A DNA stretch of 64,000 nucleotides from Octopus vulgaris. Its lineage: Eukaryota. The notes beneath the pieces were generated by a model, which was given only the letters and a program-made list of their open reading frames with translations, did no database searches and was not told where the DNA came from. The position numbers and the translations under genes are program-made. Of this stretch, positions 52,199 through 64,000 are shown piece by piece. Position 1 is the first letter of the stretch, and every line of letters starts with the position of its first letter. The DNA lies in contig OX597827.1 of NCBI GenBank assembly GCA_951406725.2, positions 39,990,001 through 40,054,000 of the forward strand, read 5' to 3'.

Positions 52199-53191
52199 GA
52201 AGTATACAAGAAAAAATAGAAAAACGTATTAGATAGTGTAATCCTAAATCCACTATTAATCCTAAGAAACTAAGATGGAATGAACATGGTTGGAATGCCT
52301 TTGATTATAGGTCTACTTTAACCATGGCTGTCCTAGGGTTAAACAGCAGTAACAGTAAAGTGACAATATACACACTCTCTTAAACAAAAAAAACAATAGT
52401 GGCATTGTATACAACACTTCTAGAAAAAAAAAACAATAAACAAAACTTAGTATATAGATCAACCCCCTCTAAAAAATAACAATTAAGTGTCACAGCATTC
52501 AGACCCACCCACCTCTACCATCTCCATCACCATAGCATGTCTCATTTTAAAGTCTTTTTTTTTCATCCCAAAATACCACTTAATCCTAAATACCACTTAA
52601 AGTTAACAAAATCTAATGAATAATGTAAATCAAGATATTGGTGTGTGTGTGTGTGTGTGTGGGATGTATGAGATAGAAACGTTTATGTGTGTATATGTGT
52701 ATATGTGCATGTATGTGTCCATGTGTATATGTATATATGTGAGCATATGTGTATGTATGCATGCAAATATATGTATGTACATACATGGCGCAAGAGTGGC
52801 TGTGTGGTAAGTAGCTTGCTTATGAACCACATGGTTCTGGGTTCAGTCCCACTGCATGGCACCTTGGGCAAGTGTCTTCTACTATAACCTCAGGCTGACC
52901 AAAGCCTTGTGAGTGGATTTGGTAGACGGAAACTGAAAGAAGTCGGTCGTATATATGTATATGTATATATATATGTGTCTGTGTTTGTGCCCCGAACATT
53001 GCTTGACAACCGATACTGGTGTGCTTACGTCCCCGTAACTTAGCGGTTTGGCAAAAGAGACCGACAGAATAAGTACTAGGCTTACAAAGAATAAGTCCTG
53101 GGGTTGACTTGCTCGACTAAAGGCAGTGCTCCAGCATGGCCACAGTCAAATGACTGAAACAAGTAAAAGAGTATATGTACGTATGTATATA

Positions 53192-53222
<31 letters not shown>

Positions 53223-53687
53223 ATGTATGTATGTTTGTATGTATGTATGCATGTATGTCTGTGTGTATACACAAACATCTACACAAGACAACCACAAAAC
53301 ACATACATTTGTATTGAAAGAGAAAGAGAAATACTCAAACATGGATGTAGATAGACACGAAAACAGAAAAAGAAAGGGAGAAAGAGAAAGATAGATATAA
53401 ACACATACATACAAAAACATATACACATACAAAGAGAAACAAATACAGACACACATACAGACACATATACACATACACACAAACACTCACACATGTATGT
53501 ATGCGCGTGTATGTGTTTGTTGGTGATAAGATTACACCCCAGTATCAAGTTTTACATTGCAGCGAAATGCAACATTGCACCATTTTGTAGTTATAAAGAT
53601 ACATAGTCTTTATAACACACACACACATACACATAATATTAACATAGAAACATACAAATGTAGAGAGAAGCACATACAGATTGTATA

Positions 53688-53727
<40 letters not shown>

Positions 53728-54082
53728 CATAACAAAAGAAGACAATACATACATACATACATACATACATACATACATACATACATACATACATACATAC
53801 ATACATACATACATACATACATACATACATACATACATACATACATACATACATACATACATACATGTACAATCATACTCACATGAACATACACAGCTGC
53901 AAACACAGACTCATACATATACAGTATCTCACTTCACACACACCACACACAAACATAAGGGAATTTAGAGGTAGGGAACAAAGAGAAAGAAAGGAAAAAG
54001 AGAGAAAAGGAGACAAAGAGAAACATATACAATATGCACATACATACATTTGATATATATATATATACACACACATACACAC

Positions 54083-54117
<35 letters not shown>

Positions 54118-54721
54118 GTGAGAAAGTGAGAGAGAAGGAAATACACACACAAAAAAATATACATACACATACTGATATGTAGATATGCATGCATGTGTGT
54201 GCACACACACAGAGACACACACACATACACACAAAGAGAAACTGTGAAATTCAAAATTTGAATTGATACGTAAGGCCTAAAAATGACACAAGAAGTATTT
54301 CTTATAGGGCGGGGTTAACTAACTAGCTTATCTAAGGGGTAGGGGACATTTAGATGACATGCTTAGAATCACATCTGGAATAGACTATTTATTTAGGATT
54401 AAAGAAATAAAATGGCAAACTAGTTCATATCTAACATTTAAAGACACAAACATATATATATATACATACATACATATGTACATACGTATATATATATACA
54501 TATGTACACACACACACACTATTATTAGCACAGTCATCAGGATACAACAGATGTGTGAGGGGTTTTCCTATTGATGGCCCCTTGTAGCTGTTTTTGTTTT
54601 TTCCAGTTTTGGTTCATGTTTTATAAAGTGTCTAATTTAATTTAATGCTCATTTACAACCAAAAATCTTAATTCATTTCTTTTATCAATGTTTTTGATCT
54701 CTGAATTAGTACCAAATAAAA

Positions 54722-55045
54722 TATTATTATTATAAGGCTATTTCATGCTACTTTAGTCAGAAGGAATGTCTTGAGCTTTGGTGATAACAAGTCTCCAAGA
54801 AACTCAATAATCTTTCTCTGAATTCTTGCAGAACAGAGAATGACACTTCTCTGCAGATTGATAATGCTTGTCTCAATTTTAACATCCTTCAATCTCTTAG
54901 ATAGCAGTTTGAGTGCTGTGCCAAGTACACCAATTACTACCTTTGTCTCCCACAATCTTTTCATCTCCCTAGCTAGGTCCTGGTATTTCTCAATTTTCTC
55001 ACTTTTTTTTTTATATCCATTCTATTATCACATGGTACTGCAAAG
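54722..55045 (-). mobile_element. R4/Dong-like restriction-endonuclease LINE 3' fragment next to (TAA)n
   Basis: KYQDLAREMKRLWETKVVIGVLG...LQRSVILCSARI.RK. A second 3' end (IVLMGTAHIPRKIL) lies at ~56065-56308 (-) between TAA tracts. Confidence 0.6.
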
Positions 55046-55595
55046 TCTATTATACTCTTTTACTCTTTAACTTGTTTTAGTCATTTGACTGCAGCCATGC
55101 TGGAGCACCGCCTTTAGTCGAGCAAATCGACCCCAGGACTTATCCTTTGTAAGCCTAGTACTTATTCTATCGTTCTCTTTTGTCAAACCACTAAGTTTTG
55201 GGGACGTAAACACACTAGCATCAGTTGTCAAGCGATGTTGGGGGGGACAAACACAGACACAAACACACACACACATAAATATGTATATACATATATACAC
55301 ATATATGACGGGCTTCTTTCAGTTTCTGTCTACCAAATACACTCACAAGGCTTTGGTCGGCCCGAGGCTATATTAGAAGACACTTGCCCAAGGTGCCATG
55401 CAGTGGGACTGAACCCAGAACCATGTGGTTGGTAAGCAAACTACTTACCACACAGCCTTTTTTTTCTTTGTCTGTCCTCTATAACCATATCTGGTCTCCT
55501 TGCTTCAATAGTATGGTAAGTCTTTACAAAGAAATCCCATAAAACCCTCTCATTATTATTCACCATCACACCCTCCAGCTTGTGTTCTGTCATCA

Positions 55596-55627
<32 letters not shown>

Positions 55628-55629
55628 GC

Positions 55630-56307
55630 TCAGGTGACAAGCTGACAGAATTGTTACCATGCCGGATGAAATGCTTAGCAGTATTTCACCCATCACTACA
55701 TTCTGAGTTCAAATTCCATCGAGGTTTACTTAGCCTTTCATCCTTTCAGGGTCGATAAATTAAGCGCTAGTGAAACACAGGGGTTGATGTAATCAACAAA
55801 ACCCCTCCCAAAAATTTCAGGCCTTGTGCCTTTTGTAGACCATCAATGGGAAAGCTGGCAGAATCATAAGCACACCAGGTGAAATGCTTAGCATTTCAAA
55901 TTATACCAAGGTCAATGTTGCCTTTCATCCTTTCAGGGTCAGTAAATTAAGTATCAGTGAAACATTAGGATTGATGTAATCAACTTTCCCTTTCCCCCAA
56001 ATATCAAGCCTTGTGCCTTTCATAGAAAGGATTATTATTATTATTATTATTATTATCATTATTATTCTATGTTTGACTTTTGCTTTATATTTGTACAAGT
56101 TGGCTCCAAGTCTCACCCAGAGACCTCAAGAGACAACAGGCTGGAAGTTCGTGTTGTTGTTATGCCTAGTGTGCCATATACTTGGTTTTGTATTTAGTGT
56201 TGTACTAGTGAATGTCTAAAAAAAAAAAACCAAAATTATGTTTGTTTTAAAACTTGAAATTACATAGTATTTTGCGTGGGATATGAGCAGTTCCCATGAG
56301 CACTATC

Positions 56308-56342
<35 letters not shown>

Positions 56343-57200
56343 GGCAGTGAGCTGATAGAATTGTTACCATATCAGGCAAAATGCTTAGTGACAATTCATC
56401 CATCCTTACATTCTGAGTCCAAATTCTGCCAAGGCTGACTTTACCTTTCATCCTTTTGGGGTCGATAAAATCAACCCCAGTTGATCACTGGGGTTGATTT
56501 AATCAACTTACTCCCTTCCCTGAAATGGCTGACCTTGTACCAAAATTAGAAATCATTATTGTTGTTGTTGTTATTAAGGCACCGAACTGACAGTATCATT
56601 ACTACACCAGACAAAATGCTTAGCAGCATTTTTTCCTGGTTCCTTACTTTCCCAGTTCAAATGCACTAAGGTCGACTTAACCTTTCATCCTTTCGAGTCA
56701 ATAAAGTAAGTACCTGTTGAGTACTGAGGTCGATATAATTAACTAGCCCACTCCTCTGAAATTTCTAGCCTTGAGCCAAAATTAAAAAGAATTATTATTA
56801 TTATTATTATTATTATCATTATCATCTTCATCTATAGAGTTTATTTCATTCTGAATTCAAATCCAACTTTCATGGATCCTATCTTTGAGGATTCCACCTT
56901 CCCAAGGAGAAAGTGGGGATCTGTAAATAAAGTACTGGTTTAAAAAACTAGTATTTTATGTAGTCAATATAATCAGCTGCCTCTAAGAAAGCAAGTTGGC
57001 AGAGTCATTAGCATGCCAGGTAAAATGCTTAGCAGCATTTCGTCCGTCTTTACATTCTGAGTTCAAATTCAGCAGAGGTCAACTTTGCCTTTCATCTTCT
57101 CAGGGTCAATAAAATAAGTGCCAGTTGAGTACTGGGATCAATGTCATTGACTTACCCAACACTTCTCCAAAATTGCTAACCTTGTGCCAAGATGTGAAAC
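55630..57200 (+). repeat. Head-to-tail cluster of ~5 family D SINEs, several separated by (ATT)n
   Basis: Copies start near 55630, 55850, 56341, 56577 and 56990. Confidence 0.75.
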
Positions 57201-59794
57201 TAGTATAGTCAACTACTTCACTTCCCAAAATTCTGTGGCCTTATTCAACACTTTTAGAAGCTTCTGCTATCTTGGCAATCAAAATGACAGTGGAGTAGGG
57301 AGCTCAGAAAGAATAGGAAACAGAATAAGTGAAAAAAGTTCAGGAACTACTGAACGTAGGAGTGGCTGTGTGGTAAGTAGCTTGCTTATGAACCACATGG
57401 TTCCAGGTTCAGTCCCATTGCGTGGCACCTTGGGCAAGTGTCTTCTACTATAGCCTCGGGTTGACCAAAGCCTTGTGAGTGGATTTGGTAGACGGAAACT
57501 GAAAGAAGCCCCTCATATATATGTGTGTGTGTGTATATATATATATGTATGTATGTATGTGTGTATATATGTTTGTGTCTGTGTTTGTCCCCCCAACATC
57601 ACTTGACAACCAATGGTGGTGTTTTTATGTCCCTGTAACTTAGCGGTTCAGCAAAAGAGACAGAATAAGTACTAGGCTTACAAAGAATAAGTCCTGGGGT
57701 CGATTTGCTCAACTAAAGGCGGTGCTCCAGCATGGCCACAGTCAAATGACTGAAACAAGTAAAAGAGTAAAGTTATTACTTCTGCTCACAAGTAGATTCT
57801 CTCTTCAAAGGAAGGGTAGATTGTATGATGCCAACTAAGCGCTGATTGTGGAGGATGAATGAATTAAAGCAAGAATGCTTCATTGGATGTGTAATGCTAG
57901 TGTGCATGAAAAAAAGAGGTACAGACGAAACGAGAGAAAAAGAAAATAATTGGATATGAGAGGAATTACACATAGTATGCATGACAGATAACTGCATTTA
58001 TATGGACATGTAATGCATGTGAATTATGATAGGTAAATACTGAAGGGAACATCAGATGATGTTTTACCACTTCTACCAATCTATCCCTCCTCACCTATAT
58101 TGCTAAATCAACTTTATCAGCCATTTAACTATATCAGCCAATCAGATTGTAACAACCAGTTAGCTAAAATCATCCAATCAGTTGACTATATTAAATGATT
58201 GATGACATCACTCAACTATGGCAAATAATAAACTATATCTATGAACAACCAATCAACTATACTAATCATTATACTCTTTTACCTGTTTCAGTCGTCTGAC
58301 TGTGGCCATGCTGGAACAACACCTTTAGTCAAGCAAATCAACCCCAGGACTTATTCTTTGGAAGAATAGCACATATTCTATCGGTCCCTTTTGCCAAACA
58401 GCTAAGTTATGGAGACGTAAACACACCACCATCGGTTGTCAAGTGATGTTGTGGGGACAAACACAGATACACAAACATATACACACACATACATATATAC
58501 GACAGGATTCTTTCAGTTTCCATCTACCAAATCCACTGACAAATCTTTGGTCAGCCCAAGGTAATAGTAGAAGACACTTGCCCAAGGTGCTACGCAGTGG
58601 GAATGAACCTGGAACCATGTGGTTCTTTAGTAAGCAAGCTACTTACCACCCAGCCACTCCTGTGCCTATTATACTACATAATTCAAACAAACAACAAACA
58701 ATCAGCTATCATCATTTATTTATGATGGAATGGCGGATTGGTAAAAATAATCAGAGCATCAGAGGAAAAGCTTTGCAGTATTTTTTCTGGCTCTTTATCT
58801 TCTGAGTTCAAATCTTCTGAGTTCAAAACTTCACATTTCATTCCTCTGGGGTTAATAAAATAAAGTACTAGTTACACACTGGTATAAATGTAATCAACTA
58901 ACTCTTCCCACAAAAGTTTCAGGATTTGAATCCATGTTAGAAACAATTTAAAACAATGAAAAACAGAATCATTTCGAGCACCAGATTAAATGCTTTGCAT
59001 TATTTCTTCTAACTCTTTGTGATCAGGTTTCATATCCAGCTGGGGTTAACTTTCCTCTTCATCCTCCAGAGTCAATAAAATGAAGTACCAATCAAGGACT
59101 GGAGTCAATTGAATTGACTAACCTCTTCCTTCAAAATTTCAGGCCTTCTCCCAATATTACTGTTGATAACTGTTGATTATCAATCTATATTTCTCAGCCT
59201 CCTCCACTTTCCCGCCTCCGAATGGCTACTGAATGCTGAGCAGAATAAAACCGAAAGGGCAATGCACTCAAGGGAGATAACTCACACGTAAATAATGCTC
59301 TCTCTCTCTCTCTTTTTTTTTCTCTCTTTCTCTCTCTCTCTTTCTTTCTCCAGTCACCAAAAAAAAAATTCTAACAATTTAACTTGTAACATTAATGTAT
59401 GTGTGTATGTGTGTTGTTTTCCTTTGAGTTGTGGTGCTGCAGTCTGGCTTATGTCTTTCACTGGTTCCAATTACTCTTGGAGACTAAGTTTCAATTCTGG
59501 GCGTTCCTCATTAGCTCTGTGAACCGTCAAAGAAAATGGACGTGCAAAGAGACAACTGATTTTCTTTGGAATATAATATTGGGTGTGTGTGTGTGTTGTT
59601 CGTATGTACCCACATACATATACATAGAATACATGCACACACAAACGTCACTCACAACACAGATCAAACAATAGCTTTGACATACATATTGAAGACAAAA
59701 AAAAAAACAAATATTTAATAAAGAAAATGAAACAATAGATATACACACATGTATATATGTATATATCTGTGTGTGTGTGTGTGTGCACGCTTGG

Positions 59795-59830
<36 letters not shown>

Positions 59831-59964
59831 TAAAGACCCAAACTTTCACTTGACATTATTCCAGCATAAATGTCAATAATACTGGTGGAAGTGAGGATGG
59901 AATGGTGGCTGGTAGGGGTACGGGTAGGTCTTGTGGGAAGAAACACATCACTATAGGGGAGGGC

Positions 59965-60890
59965 TGGTGATGGTGGTGGTGGTACTGCTGCAGTTGTTAG
60001 TGGCAATGGGATGAAAATGAGAGAAGATGGATGTTTGAGCAGTGATGATGATGATGGTGGTGGTGGTGGTGGTGATATTGATGATGATGGTGGTGGTGGT
60101 GGTGGTGATGATATTGATAATAATGGTGGTGGTGGTGGTGGTGGTATGATGATAACAATGATGATGACAGTGAAGATGATGGTGAAGATGATGACAATGA
60201 TGATGATGACAACGATGATGATAACAACAATGATGGTAGTGATGACGGTAATTATGATGCTGATGATGATGATGGTGGCGATGGCGATGGTGGTGGTGGT
60301 AGTGGTGGTGGTGGTGGTAGTGGTGGTGGTGGTGGTGGTGGTGGTGGTTGGTTGTAATGTTGGTTATGGTGCAGTTGGTAATGATGATTGCAATGATGGT
60401 GATGATGGCAATGATAATGATGGTAGATGGTTGGGTGGATATAGAGAGGGAGAGAGGGACTGATAGCAGCTGTAGAGAGGAGGATGGCGGTGGTAGTAGT
60501 GGTGGTGATATTGCTGGTGGTATTTAATGTGGCACAACGACGGGGATGTTAATGATGCTGGCCATGATAACAATTTTTTTTTTTGAGCGGGTGATGGTGA
60601 TGATGGGGGGGGTCTATTATAGTAGTGTTGATGATGGTGGTGATGTTACTTATGCTGGAAGTCATGAAACAATTGGTTGTTTTTTTTTATTACATCACAG
60701 TGGTGGTGATGAAGGTGGTGGTGGTGGTTGTGGTCGTCGTCGTCATCATCATTATGATTGTGGTGGTCATGGTTGTGGTCATGGTAGTGGCAGTAGTGAA
60801 AGCAGTGGTGATTACTTGGTAGCAGTGGTGGTGGTGGTGGTACTGCTGCTGGTCATGATAAATAGTGTTGGTGATAGGGGTGGCAGTGAT
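59965..60890. repeat. Compound (GGT/GAT)n trinucleotide low-complexity tract
   Basis: Visible in the sequence; similar tracts at 35860-36330 and 43310-43450. Confidence 0.9.
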
Positions 60891-62223
60891 GTAAAATCTG
60901 TCATTGTTCTTAATCAAGATAAATGTATATCCATTACATCATATTATCCAATATATTAAATCATATTATATAATGATATTAAATTATGGCAGTGATAGAG
61001 AAATAGACATGGTGAGAGAAACTCGAATACATGATTTAGTATTTAACCCCTCTGTTACCGTATTTCCACTGAAGGGAGACAAAATACTTTAACAGTTAAT
61101 TTTGAATATAATAAAGAATTTAGTAAAATAACTTTCTCAATAAGCTAGTATTCTGTTCTTGAGCAAGACACTTTATTTCACATTGCTCCAGTTCACTCAG
61201 CTGTGGAAATGAGTTGTGATATCACAGGTACCAAGCTGTATTGGACTTTGCCTTTCCATTGGATAACATCAGTGGCATGGAGAGGGGAAGCTAGCATGCA
61301 TAGGCAATTGTTGGTCTTCCATAAACAACCTTACCCTGACTTGTGCCTCGGGGGGGCTAACTTTCTAGGTGCATTCCCATGGTCATTCATGACCAAACAA
61401 GGTCTTTACTCTTTTAGAGCATAAATTAGCATGTAATTTTGATGGTTCCAATTCAGATCACTTTAAAACTGGTAGTTTGTATCACAGGACCAAGGATGGT
61501 CTCCAGCAGTTTGGTATCAAAGGATAAAGTTTTGTTTTTCCTACATTTCACACAGACTTTGTTAAGAAGATTGATGAATAAGAGAAAATGATAGTAGGTA
61601 ATTAACAGGTGTGAAGATAGCTAATGAGATAAACTGTACCCACCATTATAAGGAGAATAAGTATGTAGGTAAGATCATAGGGCAAACAACTAAATGATAA
61701 CTAAAACCACTTAAGCTACTATTGACAACTATATAGATAGATATCACAGACATATAGAGTATTTTAATATACTTAAAATTAATAAGCATTTCCTGTGTTT
61801 GTATGTGTGTGAATGTGCACACAGACATGTGTGTATGTGTGTGTGTGTATGTGTGTGTGTATGTGTGTGTGTGTGTGCAGTAGCATGAATATGTGTGCAA
61901 CTCCATAATCAAATCCGTATTATTGTTTCATTCAGGTTTGTCATTAATATCTGTTAATTGCCACCTGAACAAGCACATGGTGTGAAACTTGGAATAGCAA
62001 TGGAATGAAGCATGCACACACACATGCGCAAGCATGTATGTATGTTTGTATATAGGTGCTGGTGTGGCTGTGAAGTAAGAAAACATTTCTTTTCAATCAT
62101 ATGGCTCTGAGTCCAGTCCCACAGCATGGAACCTTGGTCAAGTGTCTTCTACTATACCCTCAGGCCAACCAAAGCCTTCTGAGTGTATTTTCCATGTGTG
62201 TGTGGGGGGGGGGGGTATGTGTA

Positions 62224-63505
62224 CACCAGTTTGAGTCAAAAATTTGTTCATATTTCCACTGATTTTTAGCAACTTGTATTTCCAACTTATATCATTAATT
62301 TGAAACAACTTGTTGACCAACCATTGATGCATTGTTTGTTCCTTATTTTCATATATGTCATATAAACATTATTCTTTATTTTAAATCTTTGATAATGAGT
62401 GGGGAAAAACTAGAGTCATTTACATTACCTGTAGAAAAAAAAAAAACTAGAACAGCAACAAAATAAATTAATGATGTGGAAGGCCCAGGAACTGTCAAAC
62501 ATGTGGCACAAAACTGGTTCAGACATTTCAAGGAAGGTGACACCAACCTCAAAGACAAACCAAAGTCAGGGAGACCGTCTGCTGTAGAAGAGAGGCCTTG
62601 TCTGAAGTGGTTGAACAACAGCCAAACACAAGCACTCGTACATTGTCAGTAGAACTTGACCCTTCACAAAGCACCATCAATCAACACCTCCATAAGCTCA
62701 GCCTTGTGAAAGAGGTGCTGTCGTGAAGCTTCCCATGAATTGACCAATGGCCAGGCTCAATGATGTGTGAACATTTGCAAACAACTGCTGGCAAATCCTC
62801 GAGATGCCTGGTTTAGGTGTCAAACTGTAACTGGGGATGAAAAATCAATCTTTTTCTGTAATCCTAATATGAGGAATCAGTGGCTTTGTTTCATACAGGC
62901 TTCAGAACCTGTTGTCAAACAAGAGCAGTTTGAACAAAAGGTCATGCCATGTGTTTGATGGAAATTTCTAGGAGTGTTTCACTTTGAGCTTGTCTCAAAT
63001 GGTCCATGTTGTGAATGGTAACCTTTATGCTCAACAACTGCATATACAATGCCTTGAAAGCCCACTGCTTATACAATGCCTTGAAAGCCCACTACCTAGC
63101 ATTGGTCAATCAAAACCAAGCACTCCTACAGCATGACAATGCCCCAGTACAAACTGCCAATTTGACCAAATGAAACTTAAGGAATTTGAGAGGCTGGAAG
63201 TGCTTTCTCATCCTATCAATAGTCCAGACCTTGCAATATCAGATTACCACTTTTCCCAAGTTGTGGCTCATTTCCAGCACAGACAGAATTTGAACAATGT
63301 GGACAAGGTTGAAGTGGGTTCAGGGAGTTTTTCCCTCTAAACTAGCCAAATGGTATAAGCATAGAATTGAGCTTCTGGCACAATGATAGCAATAGACAAT
63401 AGAATATGATGGGATATATTTTGACAAATAAATGCTTTCCATATGTAATTTGTTTGAACTATTAATTAAAGCTTTAAATACAAAAAAAAATTTTGACTCA
63501 ACCTG

Positions 63506-63508
<3 letters not shown>
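62224..63508 (+). mobile_element. Full-length (1285 bp) decayed mariner transposon
   Basis: TIRs caccag(t/g)ttgagtcaaaa; HTH WFRHFKEGDTNLKDKPKSGRP; catalytic motifs VTGDEK, HDNAP and SPDLAISDY; multiple stops and frameshifts. Confidence 0.88.
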
Positions 63509-63536
<28 letters not shown>

Positions 63537-64000
63537 GTAAATATTATCTTGTGCAATGTATCCGTCTCTTTTTAACATAATAGGATGTCATTTGAAAGAG
63601 ATTTGGCTGCTTTGTCTAAAAGATCGAATGACCCCGCTCCCCATATACAGACTTAGTAGTAGTAATAGTAGTAATAGCAGCAGCAGCAGCTGTCCATTTA
63701 GTAACTAAATCTTCTTTGATATATCTCTGAAAGCCATTGCAGTTAGTCAAATTAGTAACTTATCTGCTGAGAAACTGGTGAACTCACCTCCCCCCTACCA
63801 AACACACACACAGACGCTACATACACATGTACACTTGTAAGCACATGCATGAAAGCACACATACATATACACACACACACATGTACATGCACATTGATAT
63901 ACACACACACAGAGTAAAATATCTGTCAGTTTCCCCCTTTTCAGTATGAATTTACAATTCATGAATGTTTCCATCACACCACTACCACCACCTCCCACCA

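Noticed and set aside
59527-60959. Pro/His/Val/Gly-rich ORFs
   Set aside because: They derive from (GGT/GAT)n low-complexity sequence and have no exon-like structure.

Overview
AT-rich, microsatellite- and SINE-saturated animal genomic DNA. The repeat families suggest a coleoid cephalopod, probably Octopus (inference). Most ORFs in the track are microsatellite or SINE artefacts. Two spliced genes can be assembled by hand, both on the minus strand. (1) The first three coding exons of HDDC3/MESH1 lie at 9552-9663, 5797-5852 and 4594-4675; the remaining exons were not found and probably lie left of the window. (2) The last four coding exons of a CD20-like/FAM189(ENTREP)/sarcospan-type membrane protein lie at 40304-40493, 33116-33300, 30073-30557 and 23618-26006. 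They give about 1080 aa with a very long disordered tail, a PPPPPY motif and a C-terminal ETVI. The most striking non-coding signal is an apparently perfect ~840-bp palindrome (26504-27342) in the last intron of gene 2. It is built from a 497-bp terminally redundant, highly structured unit carrying an intact type I hammerhead ribozyme with an unusually long stem II, i.e. a retrozyme/Penelope-type element. Degraded hammerhead relics recur elsewhere in the window, one directly behind a Penelope GIY-YIG fragment. Other elements include nested fold-back and Merlin-like DNA transposons, a full-length decayed mariner, a non-autonomous Helitron, RTE, CR1, Tx1 and R4 LINE remnants, and minisatellites derived from mobile-element tails.
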